From: Candidatus Micrarchaeota archaeon
GTDB lineage: Archaea > Micrarchaeota > Micrarchaeia > Norongarragalinales > UBA8480
Length of the DNA: 28,160 bases
Direction of reading: 5' to 3'
Assembly: GCA_043805855.1 (NCBI GenBank)
Contig: JAZDHP010000045.1
Span: 1 to 28,160, forward strand
Shown: positions 8,115-17,647 of the stretch, one piece after another
Position numbering within the stretch: position 1 is the first letter of the stretch
How the letters are laid out: each line of letters begins with the position of its first letter
Notes under the pieces: generated by a model
Told to the model about the DNA's origin: nothing
Databases searched by the model: none
What the model saw: only the letters and a program-made list of their open reading frames with translations
Made by a program: the position numbers and the translations under genes

Positions 8115-8698
8115 GTCTCGTAGCAAACGTACTAATACTTCTTTTTCCCTTTTTTACAATCATGGCTGCTTTAAGTGCGTTTATTTTATACGCGGCGCTA
8201 ATTGCTTTTACGCTATTTCTAGCTAAGAAAAAAAACTGGAAACAAACGCTTGAATATTTAGGTGTATTTTGCAAAAAGTTTTCCCTCTCCCAAACGGTTG
8301 TTGAGTCAATTTTACTTTTTGTTTCGATGTTCTTTCTCCTAGCTGTTGAACTTTTTGTATTTTCTCTTTTCAATTTAGATGATTCGCAAAACGTTGCAGT
8401 TGTAATTTCGCAATTGTCTATATTTGCAATTATAGTTGTTGCTACAATTGGTCCATTTGCTGAAGAGTTGTTCTTCCGCGGCTTTTTGCAAAAACACATT
8501 GGTGTAATTTTGTCAAGTTTAGTGTTTGCGCTGTTGCATTTTTCTTTTGGTTCAATTGTAGAAGTTGCTGGCGCGTTTACCGCTAGCTTGGTTTTAGGTT
8601 ATTGGGTGCGTTACCGTAGCAAGAATTTGTGGCCTGCAATAATCGCCCACGCGCTTTACAACATTGTAAGTATGGCTTTTGTTCTGGTGGTGCAATGA
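8111..8698 (+). CDS. CPBP (CAAX/Abi) family intramembrane metalloprotease
   Basis: AEELFFRG, FALLH, IIAHALYN; multiple TM helices; GTGA overlap with rps27ae. Confidence 0.92.
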   Translation: MSLVANVLILLFPFFTIMAALSAFILYAALIAFTLFLAKKKNWKQTLEYLGVFCKKFSLSQTVVESILLFVSMFFLLAVELFVFSLFNLDDSQNVAVVISQLSIFAIIVVATIGPFAEELFFRGFLQKHIGVILSSLVFALLHFSFGSIVEVAGAFTASLVLGYWVRYRSKNLWPAIIAHALYNIVSMAFVLVVQ

Positions 8699-9762
8699 AA
8701 ACCATAAAAGCAACAAGGGTAACGAAGACAAAGAAAGTAACTGCTGCAATGAAAGTGCTTGGTATTGAAAGCACTTGTCATACTTTTTCAATCGCGATAG
8801 TTGAAAAGCGCAACGGAAAATTTACGGTTCTTGCCAACGAAGTTGCAAAATATCCTTCTACTTGCGAAGGTTACATTCCGTGGAAACTAGCAGACCACCA
8901 CGCTGTTGTATTTCAACAACTGCTAAGCGACGCGCTTGCAAAGTCGCATATTTCATTAAGCGAAATTAGCGCAGTTGCATATTCGCAGGGAAGCGGCATT
9001 GGGCACTGTTTACATGTTGGGTTCGTCGCTGCCAAAACCCTTTCTAAAACACTAGCAGTGCCGCTTGTTCCAGTTAACCACAGCGTTGCCCACATTGAAA
9101 TTGGCCGCGCGTTTAACTGCGCTACGACTGATCCGTTGATTGTTTATGTTTCCGGCGGCAACACACAAATCCTTGCGCTTGACGTTAACAATAAAAAAGA
9201 AAAACATTATCGCGTTTACGGTGAAACTATCGACATCGGGATTGGCAACTTCCTTGATGTTCTTGGCAGAGATTTGCAGTTAAAGCCGCCAGACGCAGCA
9301 GGAGTCGCGCACTCTGCAGGGAAGGGAAAGAAATTCATCGAACTTCCATATACTGTTCGCGGCATGAACCTCGCGTTTTCCGGGTTGCAAACTTACATTA
9401 GCAAGAAAGTGCTGCCGCAGATTAAGCTTGGTAAATTGTCCGCTGAAGATGTTTGCTATTCTGTTCAAGAAACTGCATTTGCAATGTTGTGCGAAGCAGT
9501 TGAACGAGCGCTGTGTCACACGGGCAAAAAAGAATTGCTGCTATGTGGAGGAAACGCGCGTAACCAACGCTTGCAGGAAATGTTGAGAGAAGTTTGCCAC
9601 GAGCACGACGTTAACTTTGCGTGTACTTCGTTTGAGTATTCCGGCGATCAAGCGGCGATGATAGCGTTAACTGGGATAAAAATGCTTGAAAGCAAAAGCG
9701 TGCCGAGGGATGTGACGCCACGGCAGCGAATGAGAACTGACTCGACGAGAATAATGTGGTAA
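8695..9762 (+). CDS. kae1: KEOPS t6A transferase Kae1
   Basis: LGIESTCHT, VNHSVAHIE, YVSGGNTQ, GETIDIGIGN, QETAFAML; ATGA overlap with a GGTGGTG SD. Confidence 0.96.
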   Translation: MKTIKATRVTKTKKVTAAMKVLGIESTCHTFSIAIVEKRNGKFTVLANEVAKYPSTCEGYIPWKLADHHAVVFQQLLSDALAKSHISLSEISAVAYSQGSGIGHCLHVGFVAAKTLSKTLAVPLVPVNHSVAHIEIGRAFNCATTDPLIVYVSGGNTQILALDVNNKKEKHYRVYGETIDIGIGNFLDVLGRDLQLKPPDAAGVAHSAGKGKKFIELPYTVRGMNLAFSGLQTYISKKVLPQIKLGKLSAEDVCYSVQETAFAMLCEAVERALCHTGKKELLLCGGNARNQRLQEMLREVCHEHDVNFACTSFEYSGDQAAMIALTGIKMLESKSVPRDVTPRQRMRTDSTRIMW

Positions 9763-9807
9763 ATTTCGTCGTGTCAAAACCTTTTTATTCTCTTTTTTCG
9801 CATGTTT

Positions 9808-9873
9808 TACTTAACGAAGCGTATGTGCTTCGTTAAGGCCTTACACTTCGCTTGGCGAAGTGTAAGTTAAGTA
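9808..9873. repeat. Tandem perfect hairpins between kae1 and the sua5-like gene
   Basis: CTTAACGAAGC/GCTTCGTTAAG (9810-9837) and CTTACACTTCGC/GCGAAGTGTAAG (9840-9866). Confidence 0.8.
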
Positions 9874-9938
9874 CCCAAGGTTAGCTAGAAGATTTAGATT
9901 CTAGTGGGCAGTGGGAATTCAAAGTGTAGGTGTTTAGA

Positions 9939-10589
9939 ATGAAGACTAAGCTTTACCAGTTTATTTTAAAAGAGCGTGAAAAAACCGCCAAGGTTTTGGA
10001 ACAAGTTGCACTTATGTTGCAGAACAACGGCGTTGCTATTATTCCAACTGAAACTTGTTATGTAATTACAATTGACGCCACTAGCGAAGAAGCTGCTAAG
10101 AGAGTACTTGCGTTGGGAGTAGTGCCTAGTGAAGGTCACCCGGTTCTAGTGAGCGATTTGAGAATGGCACAGGAGTACTTAAATGTTAATGAAATAGCTG
10201 TACAAATTGCAAACGCGTTTATGCCTGGCCCAGTAACGGTTTTAGTTGACCGCGCTCCTGAGTCAAAACTATCCCCAACAATGTTTCCCTCCGCAGCTGC
10301 GTTTAGAGTTTCTAGCAACGTTTTCGCCCGCGCGTTGTCAAATGAATTAGGAAAACCACTTGCAATTTTCATTTTGCCAGACAAGCCAATTTACAACTTA
10401 AAAGAAATCCAAGACAAATTTACGGGCAAGGTTGAAGCAATTGTAGGTGCGGGAGATTTGCCTCACACACCCCCAACTACAGTTGTAGATGTACGTTCAA
10501 CTCCGTTAAAGCTAGTGCGCGAAGGGCAGATGCCGTTAAGTGAAATAAACGCGCTTGTAACTGAAACGTCTCAAACTATTTCAAGGTAG
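9939..10589 (+). CDS. Sua5/TsaC (YrdC)-family protein with degenerate catalytic motifs
   Basis: IPTETCY, FMPGPVT, PTTVVD, LVREG; the KxR and SAN motifs are absent. Confidence 0.85.
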   Translation: MKTKLYQFILKEREKTAKVLEQVALMLQNNGVAIIPTETCYVITIDATSEEAAKRVLALGVVPSEGHPVLVSDLRMAQEYLNVNEIAVQIANAFMPGPVTVLVDRAPESKLSPTMFPSAAAFRVSSNVFARALSNELGKPLAIFILPDKPIYNLKEIQDKFTGKVEAIVGAGDLPHTPPTTVVDVRSTPLKLVREGQMPLSEINALVTETSQTISR

Positions 10590-11191
10590 TGAAAGCAATG
10601 CACGGTGCAGAAGCAATTGTAACTCCTTGTACTTTTTTCAACGCTAGTTGTGTCGCAAAGCGCCGGCTACCAAAAGTTTACCGCAATTTAGTTCTAGATT
10701 CTAAACTACGCCGTGAGCGCACTAAACTAGAAGCGAGGTTGTTACATCGTGCAAAAGAACGTGGTGTTTCGTGTCCGTTGGTGTTAAATGTTGATTTGGA
10801 AAAATGCGAGATAGTTGAATCTCAATTAAATGGCGTAAAGTTAGTTGATTTTCTCAAGACAAAAAACGTGTCGGCAGTATTGCAAAAAGCAGGAGTTCAA
10901 CTTGCACTACTGCACAGCGCTGGAATAAGTCACGGCGACGCAACAACTTCCAATTTTATGGTGTGCAACGACGGCGACAAAGTTTTTCTATTTGACTTTG
11001 GACTATCGCAGGGAAGCGCTTCGCTTGAAGACCAAGCAATTGATATACTGTTGTTTGAAAAGAGTGTTTCACCGCAACAATTTGTCAAATTTCTAACTGG
11101 CTATCGCGGTGAACGCGGTGAAAAACAAACCACTGCACTTTTACGCCAAGTTGCTGAAATAAAATCACGCTGCCGCTACGTTGAACGCTAA
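10589..11191 (+). CDS. bud32: KEOPS kinase/ATPase Bud32
   Basis: GAEA, KRRLPKVYR, RTKLEARLL, HGDATTSN, DFGL, C-terminal RCRY. Confidence 0.95.
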   Translation: MKAMHGAEAIVTPCTFFNASCVAKRRLPKVYRNLVLDSKLRRERTKLEARLLHRAKERGVSCPLVLNVDLEKCEIVESQLNGVKLVDFLKTKNVSAVLQKAGVQLALLHSAGISHGDATTSNFMVCNDGDKVFLFDFGLSQGSASLEDQAIDILLFEKSVSPQQFVKFLTGYRGERGEKQTTALLRQVAEIKSRCRYVER

Positions 11192-11240
11192 ACTTGTTTC
11201 AGTATTACTTTTTTAACTTGTTTTTAGTATAGTACTCTTC

Positions 11241-12113
11241 ATGTGGTTCTGGTATGCGCTTGGTGCGGCTGTTATAGTTGCGCTTTCTGCAATGACTGAA
11301 AAGAAAATCTTGCAGCATGAGCATTCGCTTTCATTTTCAACTGGCTACTCGCTTGTTGTTCTCCTTTTATCGTTGCCGTTGTTTTTCTTCGCTGACTTTT
11401 CCACTCTAACGCGAGAAACGCTGGTTTTTCTATACATTGGAACGTGGCTAGCGTCAATAGGCTTTTGGCTAAACGCCAAGGGAACCAAACATTTGGACTT
11501 GTCAATAGCATCTCCTTTAACCGTTTCCAGCTTAGCTTTTCTCCCGTTCCTTGCGTTTTTTCTAGTTGGCGAAAAACTAGTTTTGCAGCAAATAATTGGA
11601 GTAGCGCTTATTTTCATCGGCGTAGTCGCACTTGAGCTAATAATTCACCATGGTAAATTGTTTCCAGTTATTTCAACAAAGGGAAAAGAACGTTACATTT
11701 CGCTAATGCTATTAGCTGGCTTGCTATACGCGTTAACCGCAATTGTTGACAAAACAGTTCTTTCAACTTGGAGCGTTTTTACCTACCTGTTAATCGCGCA
11801 TTGCTTCATTGCGTTTAATAGCGTAATTTTAATGTGGGTGATTGACGAAAACTACAAACGCGACTTGAAAAAACTATTCTCGCAAGATTGGAAAATAATT
11901 GTACTTGATTCGATTCTCTCTGTATTCGCTCGTTTGTTAACAATGTTTGCCATTTCAGGCGCATATGTGAGCCTAGTAGTTGCAGTGAAACGCCTAAGCG
12001 CACTTTTCACAACGGTTGTTGGCGGAAAGCTGTTCCACGAGAAAAACTTAAAAGAAAAAATAGCAATTTCTATAATGATGGTCGCCGGAGCAGCGCTACT
12101 GGCGCTATCGTAA
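11241..12113 (+). CDS. DMT/EamA family transporter
   Basis: About ten TM helices in two repeats; GEKL and FHEKNL motifs. Confidence 0.9.
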   Translation: MWFWYALGAAVIVALSAMTEKKILQHEHSLSFSTGYSLVVLLLSLPLFFFADFSTLTRETLVFLYIGTWLASIGFWLNAKGTKHLDLSIASPLTVSSLAFLPFLAFFLVGEKLVLQQIIGVALIFIGVVALELIIHHGKLFPVISTKGKERYISLMLLAGLLYALTAIVDKTVLSTWSVFTYLLIAHCFIAFNSVILMWVIDENYKRDLKKLFSQDWKIIVLDSILSVFARLLTMFAISGAYVSLVVAVKRLSALFTTVVGGKLFHEKNLKEKIAISIMMVAGAALLALS

Positions 12114-12147
12114 AAATTCTTTTAGACAAAATGCGTTTCAATTCTTT

Positions 12148-12666
12148 TCAACGCAAGTGTTTTATGTAGTGTAAAACGCGGAAGCTTTGCCTAAGTTTAC
12201 GGTCAATAATAACTTCTCCGCTGAATTTTCTAAACCCTTCTTTTTCAAGTTGCGTACGGCGCGGATAGTTAGTTGAAAGAGTACTTCCAAGTATACAATC
12301 ACTTTTAGTTTCTTGTGCGTGTTTTAACCTAGCTAAGTTCAAAGCAGTTGCAATGCCTCTCCTGCGGTGTTCCTTTGCAACTGCTAAATTGTGCAAAACG
12401 TAAACTTTTTTGCCTTCTAGTTCTCTAAACTTTGTTTGGTTTAAAACACTTCCAACTGCTAATCCCAAAACCACGTTTTTTTCAACAGCTACAAAGACTT
12501 TAACATGAGTAATTGACCTCCCTCGGTCAACTGCCGGCCTTACGTTATCTGGAGTTAAAATAACTTCGTGCGGCAGCTCCTTAAAAGTCTCGCGATAAAG
12601 CCTATCTACTTGTTCAACTTCCTCTTCGTTTCTAATGTCCAATTCACGAATTTCAAAGTTTGGCAT
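12148..12666 (-). CDS. GNAT family N-acetyltransferase
   Basis: LAVAKEHRRRGIATAL acetyl-CoA motif A; LEKEGF. Confidence 0.88.
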   Translation of the reverse strand: MPNFEIRELDIRNEEEVEQVDRLYRETFKELPHEVILTPDNVRPAVDRGRSITHVKVFVAVEKNVVLGLAVGSVLNQTKFRELEGKKVYVLHNLAVAKEHRRRGIATALNLARLKHAQETKSDCILGSTLSTNYPRRTQLEKEGFRKFSGEVIIDRKLRQSFRVLHYIKHLR

Positions 12667-12679
12667 GTTTTTTCTCTCT

Positions 12680-13249
12680 TTATAATTTTTTAATAAAGTA
12701 AGCAACTGGTTGAGGTGTTTTTTCTTCACGGTGTATTTCAAAAAAACCCATTTTTTTAAAGTTAGCTAGTTGCACATCATTATCTAGTGTGGTAACTGCG
12801 CAAAGTGATTTGCATCCTAATTGCTTTGCATGTTCAACACGCGCCTCTACAAGTGCCTTACCTATTCCTCTGCGTTGAAATCTCGGGTGAACCGCCATAT
12901 TATCAAGGAGATAATGTCGCCCGGATTCGAGCTTGGCTATAACTTTCGGGGGTAAATTACGTAAGTGTAAGACGTAGCTAAGTAGTGGTAAGAGAGGGGA
13001 TCTTAAAATGCGGCTAAATAAACATCCTATAATTTTGCCATTTTCCTTGGCAACAAAGGCGTTACCGAATCCAAATGTTTGTATTCGTTCATATTCATCA
13101 ATAAATTTGACTTGGTCCGCCATTGGAGGTAAGTGCGGCGAAGTGCCTCTCTCGCGGTGAAACTTTTTCGTTGCAGCGTGAATTACTCTTAAAGTGGCTA
13201 ACTTTTCTCGCTCGCTTTTGTAATTCAAAGACTCAATCGTAATGACCAT
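12680..13249 (-). CDS. GNAT family N-acetyltransferase
   Basis: MAVHPRFQRRGIGKAL motif A; FKKMGF. Confidence 0.9.
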   Translation of the reverse strand: MVITIESLNYKSEREKLATLRVIHAATKKFHRERGTSPHLPPMADQVKFIDEYERIQTFGFGNAFVAKENGKIIGCLFSRILRSPLLPLLSYVLHLRNLPPKVIAKLESGRHYLLDNMAVHPRFQRRGIGKALVEARVEHAKQLGCKSLCAVTTLDNDVQLANFKKMGFFEIHREEKTPQPVAYFIKKL

Positions 13250-13342
13250 AAAACAGTTAGCAAGTTGAAGTTTTAAAATTAGTTTGTGCAAATGTCACAA
13301 AAGCTCACGCTAATTGTTTCGTAAAAAATTAAAAGAAACGAC

Positions 13343-13456
13343 TTAAAGTTCGCCAACTCTGCGTTTCTGTTTGCGTTTCATGCGTTTGCGTCTTTTCTTG
13401 ACCCATTTCCAGCGCATTTTGCCTGCTTTTTTCCATTTTCGTGGTCTTGAACCCAT
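13343..13456 (-). CDS. rpl41e: Ribosomal protein eL41 (eS32); not in the ORF track
   Basis: Translated by hand: MGSRPRKWKKAGKMRWKWVKKRRKRMKRKQKRRVGEL. Confidence 0.9.
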   Translation of the reverse strand: MGSRPRKWKKAGKMRWKWVKKRRKRMKRKQKRRVGEL

Positions 13457-13667
13457 AAAGTAAAACCTGTAATTCTGCTAATATTAGTGTATTTATTGTG
13501 CTGCCAAAGTTTATAAGTTGAATTCCTTGGCTATTTAATTAGGTAATAGCGTACTGAAGCAAAATCACTAACTGAGAAACTGGTATATTTTCTTAATTCT
13601 TTCCAATTGATTTTTATGTTAATTATGGCGAGTAAATTGTTTGAAATTAGTTTAGTCTCTTAGATGG

Positions 13668-13696
13668 GTGTAAACAATATATTTATATATTTACAC
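13668..13696 (+). promoter_or_regulatory. Candidate operator/TATA region of the VapBC-like operon
   Basis: GTGTAAA-N15-TTTACAC inverted repeat enclosing TTTATATA. Confidence 0.4.
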
Positions 13697-13740
13697 GGCT
13701 TAAACGTATTATAAATAATCAACCTTTGAGGTGGCTTTAT

Positions 13741-13974
13741 ATGGTTAGTATGACTTTGGCAGTTCCCTTGGAAATGAAAAAGGAAATGGATGAACGTGCT
13801 GAAATAAACTGGTCTGAAGTGGCGCGAACCGCTATTCGTAGTAAATTAGCTTTATTAAATAAGTTCGAGGAGTTTACGCGAGACAGTACTTTAACTGAAG
13901 AAGATACTTTGAGGTTAAGCCGTGCCGTTAATAAAAAACTGGCTAAACGATATGCTTCTTTAGAGCGTGGCTAA
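13741..13974 (+). CDS. RHH-type antitoxin (VapB-like)
   Basis: MTLAVP...INWSEVARTAI ribbon-helix-helix pattern; GAGGTGG SD; abuts a PIN gene. Confidence 0.85.
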   Translation: MVSMTLAVPLEMKKEMDERAEINWSEVARTAIRSKLALLNKFEEFTRDSTLTEEDTLRLSRAVNKKLAKRYASLERG

Positions 13975-14205
13975 ATGGATTTAGTTGTCGATGCGAATAT
14001 TCTATTCGCTTCTTTGATAAAACAAGGTAAGACTATTGAACTATTGTTTAACGAAGATTTTCGCCTTTTTGCACCTGAATTTATCATTGAAGAATTGTTG
14101 GAACACGAAGAAGAAATTTTACAAAAATCAAAGCGAACCAGGGCCAAAACGCTTCACGAAAATAGCAGCTGCTTCTTTCAAGCTTTTTTTATCCCTCAAG
14201 TTTAG
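13975..14205 (+). pseudogene. Truncated PIN-domain (VapC-like) toxin
   Basis: LVVDANILF and APEFIIEEL present; only 76 aa, lacking the C-terminal acidic residues. Confidence 0.75.
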
Positions 14206-14228
14206 CGTTTGTATTTCCATTTAATCAT

Positions 14229-16295
14229 TCATCCTTTTACTAGAGTTTTTCCACTTGTGATGTTTTTAACCTGTTCTTTTGTCAACTGGGTATAGTCCAT
14301 TTCGGTTTTTACTCCTGCGTTCCATAAACGCCGTCCACGTACCCGGCCAATACCGCGTATCTTCGTTATATCTAGTAATTCTGCTTTTATTCCGTGTTTT
14401 ATCCTGCGGCGTAGGTGTTTTGCCTCGCGGTAAACTTCAGTTCTATTTTCCAAAAATGCGAGTTCACGCAACGCGTACGCTAACCATTCAGCGTTTTTCT
14501 TCCTCGTTAACAAAATTCCGGGCGGCATTTCAAATTCTTCAAGCATCTGCTCTTCAGTTGCCTCGTTAATCCAAGCGTTTAGCAACTTAGCTGTTTTGAA
14601 TTTATCAAGAGCTTCGGCGTCCCACGCGGGGAAATCGCTAAGTAATCCATAAGCGTCTTCGTACAATAATTTCTCTTCGTTTTTCTTACACCTCATGAGC
14701 GGCCGCATTTCAGTTGCTTCGCACAAACAATATAGGTAGTCAATTACGCCGCTTTTTCCAGTAGTTTGCTTTTTTATGAATTCGAGGAACTTCGCGCCAG
14801 TAAGCGGGTCAATGTAAAGTTCAGCAATTCTCCGGCCAACAGGCGTTGCGCTTAGCCGTCCGCTTTTCTCGCGGATAAAGTCAAACTCTTTTAACTCAGT
14901 ACAAACTCGGTTGACAACTTCTTTTAATTTTAACTCGTCGCCGTATTGAAACGCGTAGAACGTCGACGCGAAGAATTTACTCAACTCTTCTGTCGTCGTA
15001 ACATAACCTGACGAAACTAAAGAGAGGCAGTGGAAGCGCAGTGCAGTTTCATTAGCTAGTTTACTGTATAAGTTTTCCGGCTTGCCGTAAACATAGCGCT
15101 CCCATGCTTCTGTTGAATCGCGGCTATTGCATAGCATTACTCCGATGCCAATATCGTCGTAGTTTGGCCGTCCGCTTCTTCCGAGCATCTGTTGTACTTC
15201 CATCGCTGGAATAAACTCAGAGAAGTTGCCGTTAAAGCGTTTCAAATCTTTTACAACAACCCAAGTTGCTGGATAATCTATTCCCATTGCAAGCGTTGTA
15301 GTGCAAACAATTGCCTTGAGCATCTTTTCCTTCTTGAACGCAGTTTCAATCAAATCCCGCTGCTTTGGAGTTATTCCTGCGTGGTGAAACGCAACTCCAT
15401 TTGCCAAGCATTGAGATAGAGCTTTGCACTGCTCTGTCGGAGTTGCCAATGCCTTTAGCGCCTTGTTGCTTGTTTCGCGAAGCCGGAACTTCTCCCCTTC
15501 GCTCAAAAACGTTCCTGTGATCGCGCCTAGCTCGCGCGCTGTTGCCTCTGCACTGCGCCGTGAAGATACAAATACCAACGCTTGTGCGTTTTTCTTAAAA
15601 CCCAACGCGGTTTGCACAACGTCATGCAATTGCTTCTTTTCGCGTAATTTAACATCCGGCAACGCTGTGTCCTTAAAAATAATTGACTTTTCGCTTCCAA
15701 CTCCGACAACTAACTTCGTCGGCCGAAAGGTACTTGTGTACAACTTTGCGTTTAGCCAGTTGCTAATTTCAATCGCGTTGGGAATCGTCGCGCTTAACCC
15801 GAGTAACTTCTTCTCCGCGCGGTGGAGTTTAGTAAGCACAACTTCTAACGTAGCGCCGCGCTCTTCATCTCCAATTAAGTGACACTCGTCTATAACAACA
15901 CTTTCAATATCTTGCATGAACTTCGGCGAATGCGTCAAAAGAGAGTCGAGCTTTTCACTTGTAACAATCGCAATGTCTGCATCGTGGATTTTTTCATCGC
16001 CGCTGTCCAATTCTCCCGTGCTAATTCCGACCTTGAGGTCAAACACTGTAAGTTTTTCAGTGAACTCGCGGTACTTTTCACTTGCCAATGCGCGTAGCGG
16101 CACAACGTAGAGTGTTTTCTTCCCGCGCTGTAAATGGCGCAACATCCACAGTAACGAAATAAGAGTTTTTCCTGATGCAGTTGGTGCGCTTAGCACAGCG
16201 CGGTTACTTTCAAGTAGCCCTTCGTTGATAACTGCGTCTTGCATTTCGTTTAACTTCGCGTAGCCTAGCTTCGCTAAGTTTTCAGAATGTTCCAT
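14229..16295 (-). CDS. hel308: Ski2-like DNA helicase Hel308/Hjm
   Basis: APTASGKT, VPLRALASEK, DECH, LSATIPN, FHHAG, QMLGRSGRP, IAELYIDP, HhH GIGRVRGRRL. Confidence 0.95.
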   Translation of the reverse strand: MEHSENLAKLGYAKLNEMQDAVINEGLLESNRAVLSAPTASGKTLISLLWMLRHLQRGKKTLYVVPLRALASEKYREFTEKLTVFDLKVGISTGELDSGDEKIHDADIAIVTSEKLDSLLTHSPKFMQDIESVVIDECHLIGDEERGATLEVVLTKLHRAEKKLLGLSATIPNAIEISNWLNAKLYTSTFRPTKLVVGVGSEKSIIFKDTALPDVKLREKKQLHDVVQTALGFKKNAQALVFVSSRRSAEATARELGAITGTFLSEGEKFRLRETSNKALKALATPTEQCKALSQCLANGVAFHHAGITPKQRDLIETAFKKEKMLKAIVCTTTLAMGIDYPATWVVVKDLKRFNGNFSEFIPAMEVQQMLGRSGRPNYDDIGIGVMLCNSRDSTEAWERYVYGKPENLYSKLANETALRFHCLSLVSSGYVTTTEELSKFFASTFYAFQYGDELKLKEVVNRVCTELKEFDFIREKSGRLSATPVGRRIAELYIDPLTGAKFLEFIKKQTTGKSGVIDYLYCLCEATEMRPLMRCKKNEEKLLYEDAYGLLSDFPAWDAEALDKFKTAKLLNAWINEATEEQMLEEFEMPPGILLTRKKNAEWLAYALRELAFLENRTEVYREAKHLRRRIKHGIKAELLDITKIRGIGRVRGRRLWNAGVKTEMDYTQLTKEQVKNITSGKTLVKG

Positions 16296-16304
16296 TTTGA
16301 TTAA

Positions 16305-16745
16305 TTATAATTTGTCTTTGTACAGCTTTAGAAAGTTTGGTATTTGCGAGTGAATGTTAGCTGGCAAATTATCAAGCGTAAACCACTTTATTTCGTCGAA
16401 CTTGTGCGGCTCGCCGTTGCCAACTTTGGTCGGATCAATTAGTACTTTGAAATCTAAACCAATCCAGTGCGTTTTCTTCCCGTCGTGTTCGCGGTGCACA
16501 TCGCGATAGCCAAGAAACTCGCAGTTCAAAACGTCAGTGCAGTACTCTTCTTTGATTTCTTTTCTCAACGTTTCCTCAACTGTATCTTCAAACTCTAAAC
16601 CGCCAGCGCCAATATCCCAATTGCCATGCTCGTCGCGACAGTTCTTGCTACGCAATGCCATTAGCACATTGCCTTTGCCATCGTGGCAGAAATAGACAAT
16701 CGAAACGCCAACAAAATCAAGACCTTTAATAAAATGGTCTTTCAT
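16305..16745 (-). CDS. NUDIX hydrolase
   Basis: GGGLEFEDTVEETLRKEIKEEY Nudix box; EPHK...WF. Confidence 0.92.
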   Translation of the reverse strand: MKDHFIKGLDFVGVSIVYFCHDGKGNVLMALRSKNCRDEHGNWDIGAGGLEFEDTVEETLRKEIKEEYCTDVLNCEFLGYRDVHREHDGKKTHWIGLDFKVLIDPTKVGNGEPHKFDEIKWFTLDNLPANIHSQIPNFLKLYKDKL

Positions 16746-17598
16746 CTTCCCACACCTTTAATCGTGCTGGCGTTATTTTGTACGCCCTTTCGTAAGCTTC
16801 TTGTGGAGTTATTTTTCCACTTGACATTAAATGTAATAGTGTCCACGCTGGTTTTCTAGTTTCTTGACGTGCGATTAAATTTCCCAAAGCTTTGCCAAGC
16901 GCTTCGCCCTTGAGATATGGATCTTTTAGCTCAGGCCATGTCTCTGGACTGTGAACGTCTTCATCGGTTCGCGATCGTAAACGGGTATATAGCCCCAGTA
17001 CTGTGTTTGCTTTTATCTCTTGTTCATTTTTACGATAAGCTTTCCTGCGAGGTAGCATCGAATGAGCGGCTTCATGTATGCTAGCAAAACTACCTGTATC
17101 CGGGCTAATTGTATTTCTGTTGGTAATTGTGTTATGGTATGCTATAGCTTCTCCTTTCCTTGCCATTAGTAATTGTTTTACTCCGAGTACAGGTAAACCG
17201 CCAGATGAAACGACACTTAGCCAGTGAACAAATTCATTATTGGTATGCCGGCCAATATAAAATGCTAACGCGCCTGCAGCTAAAAACTTTCCAGCTTTAA
17301 GCACAAGGTGTTTTTCCATATTGCTAGTGATTTTAGTGCGTCGGTCTATTTGCTCCAGCAATTTTCTCCTTTGCTCTACGGGCAAGTGTCTACCGTAAAC
17401 TGCAACTGCGAAAGCGTTTTGACGGTGAATTTCTCTACGTAGCGGCTCGTTGGTTAGTTGATGCAAAGGAATTCCGTTAATTTCACGCAGCGTTTTCCCC
17501 CACAGCTTTGCGCGAAAAGCAGCTGCAGAAGCAGCACGTACGCCTGCGTTTACAACTTTGTGAAAAACAAACTTAGCTCGCTCTTTCTTTGTAACCAT
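16726..17598 (-). CDS. Hypothetical membrane protein with an HExxH motif
   Basis: Two hydrophobic segments followed by SIHEAAH and a downstream E..AN. Confidence 0.7.
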   Translation of the reverse strand: MVTKKERAKFVFHKVVNAGVRAASAAAFRAKLWGKTLREINGIPLHQLTNEPLRREIHRQNAFAVAVYGRHLPVEQRRKLLEQIDRRTKITSNMEKHLVLKAGKFLAAGALAFYIGRHTNNEFVHWLSVVSSGGLPVLGVKQLLMARKGEAIAYHNTITNRNTISPDTGSFASIHEAAHSMLPRRKAYRKNEQEIKANTVLGLYTRLRSRTDEDVHSPETWPELKDPYLKGEALGKALGNLIARQETRKPAWTLLHLMSSGKITPQEAYERAYKITPARLKVWEDERPFY

Positions 17599-17647
17599 AA
17601 CAACACAAGAGATACGTTAAAGAATTTAAAAACCACTTTAATTGCCT

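Noticed and set aside
8629..8694. Longer Kae1 start from the ORF track
   Set aside because: Overlaps the CPBP gene; the ATG at 8695 has an SD and an ATGA overlap.
14036..14224. Alternative-frame ORF as a frameshifted VapC C-terminus
   Set aside because: No PIN acidic motifs and insufficient length.
16989..16996. ATAGCCCC matching the tRNA-Gln 3' end as an att site
   Set aside because: Only 8 bp and inside an ORF; expected by chance.
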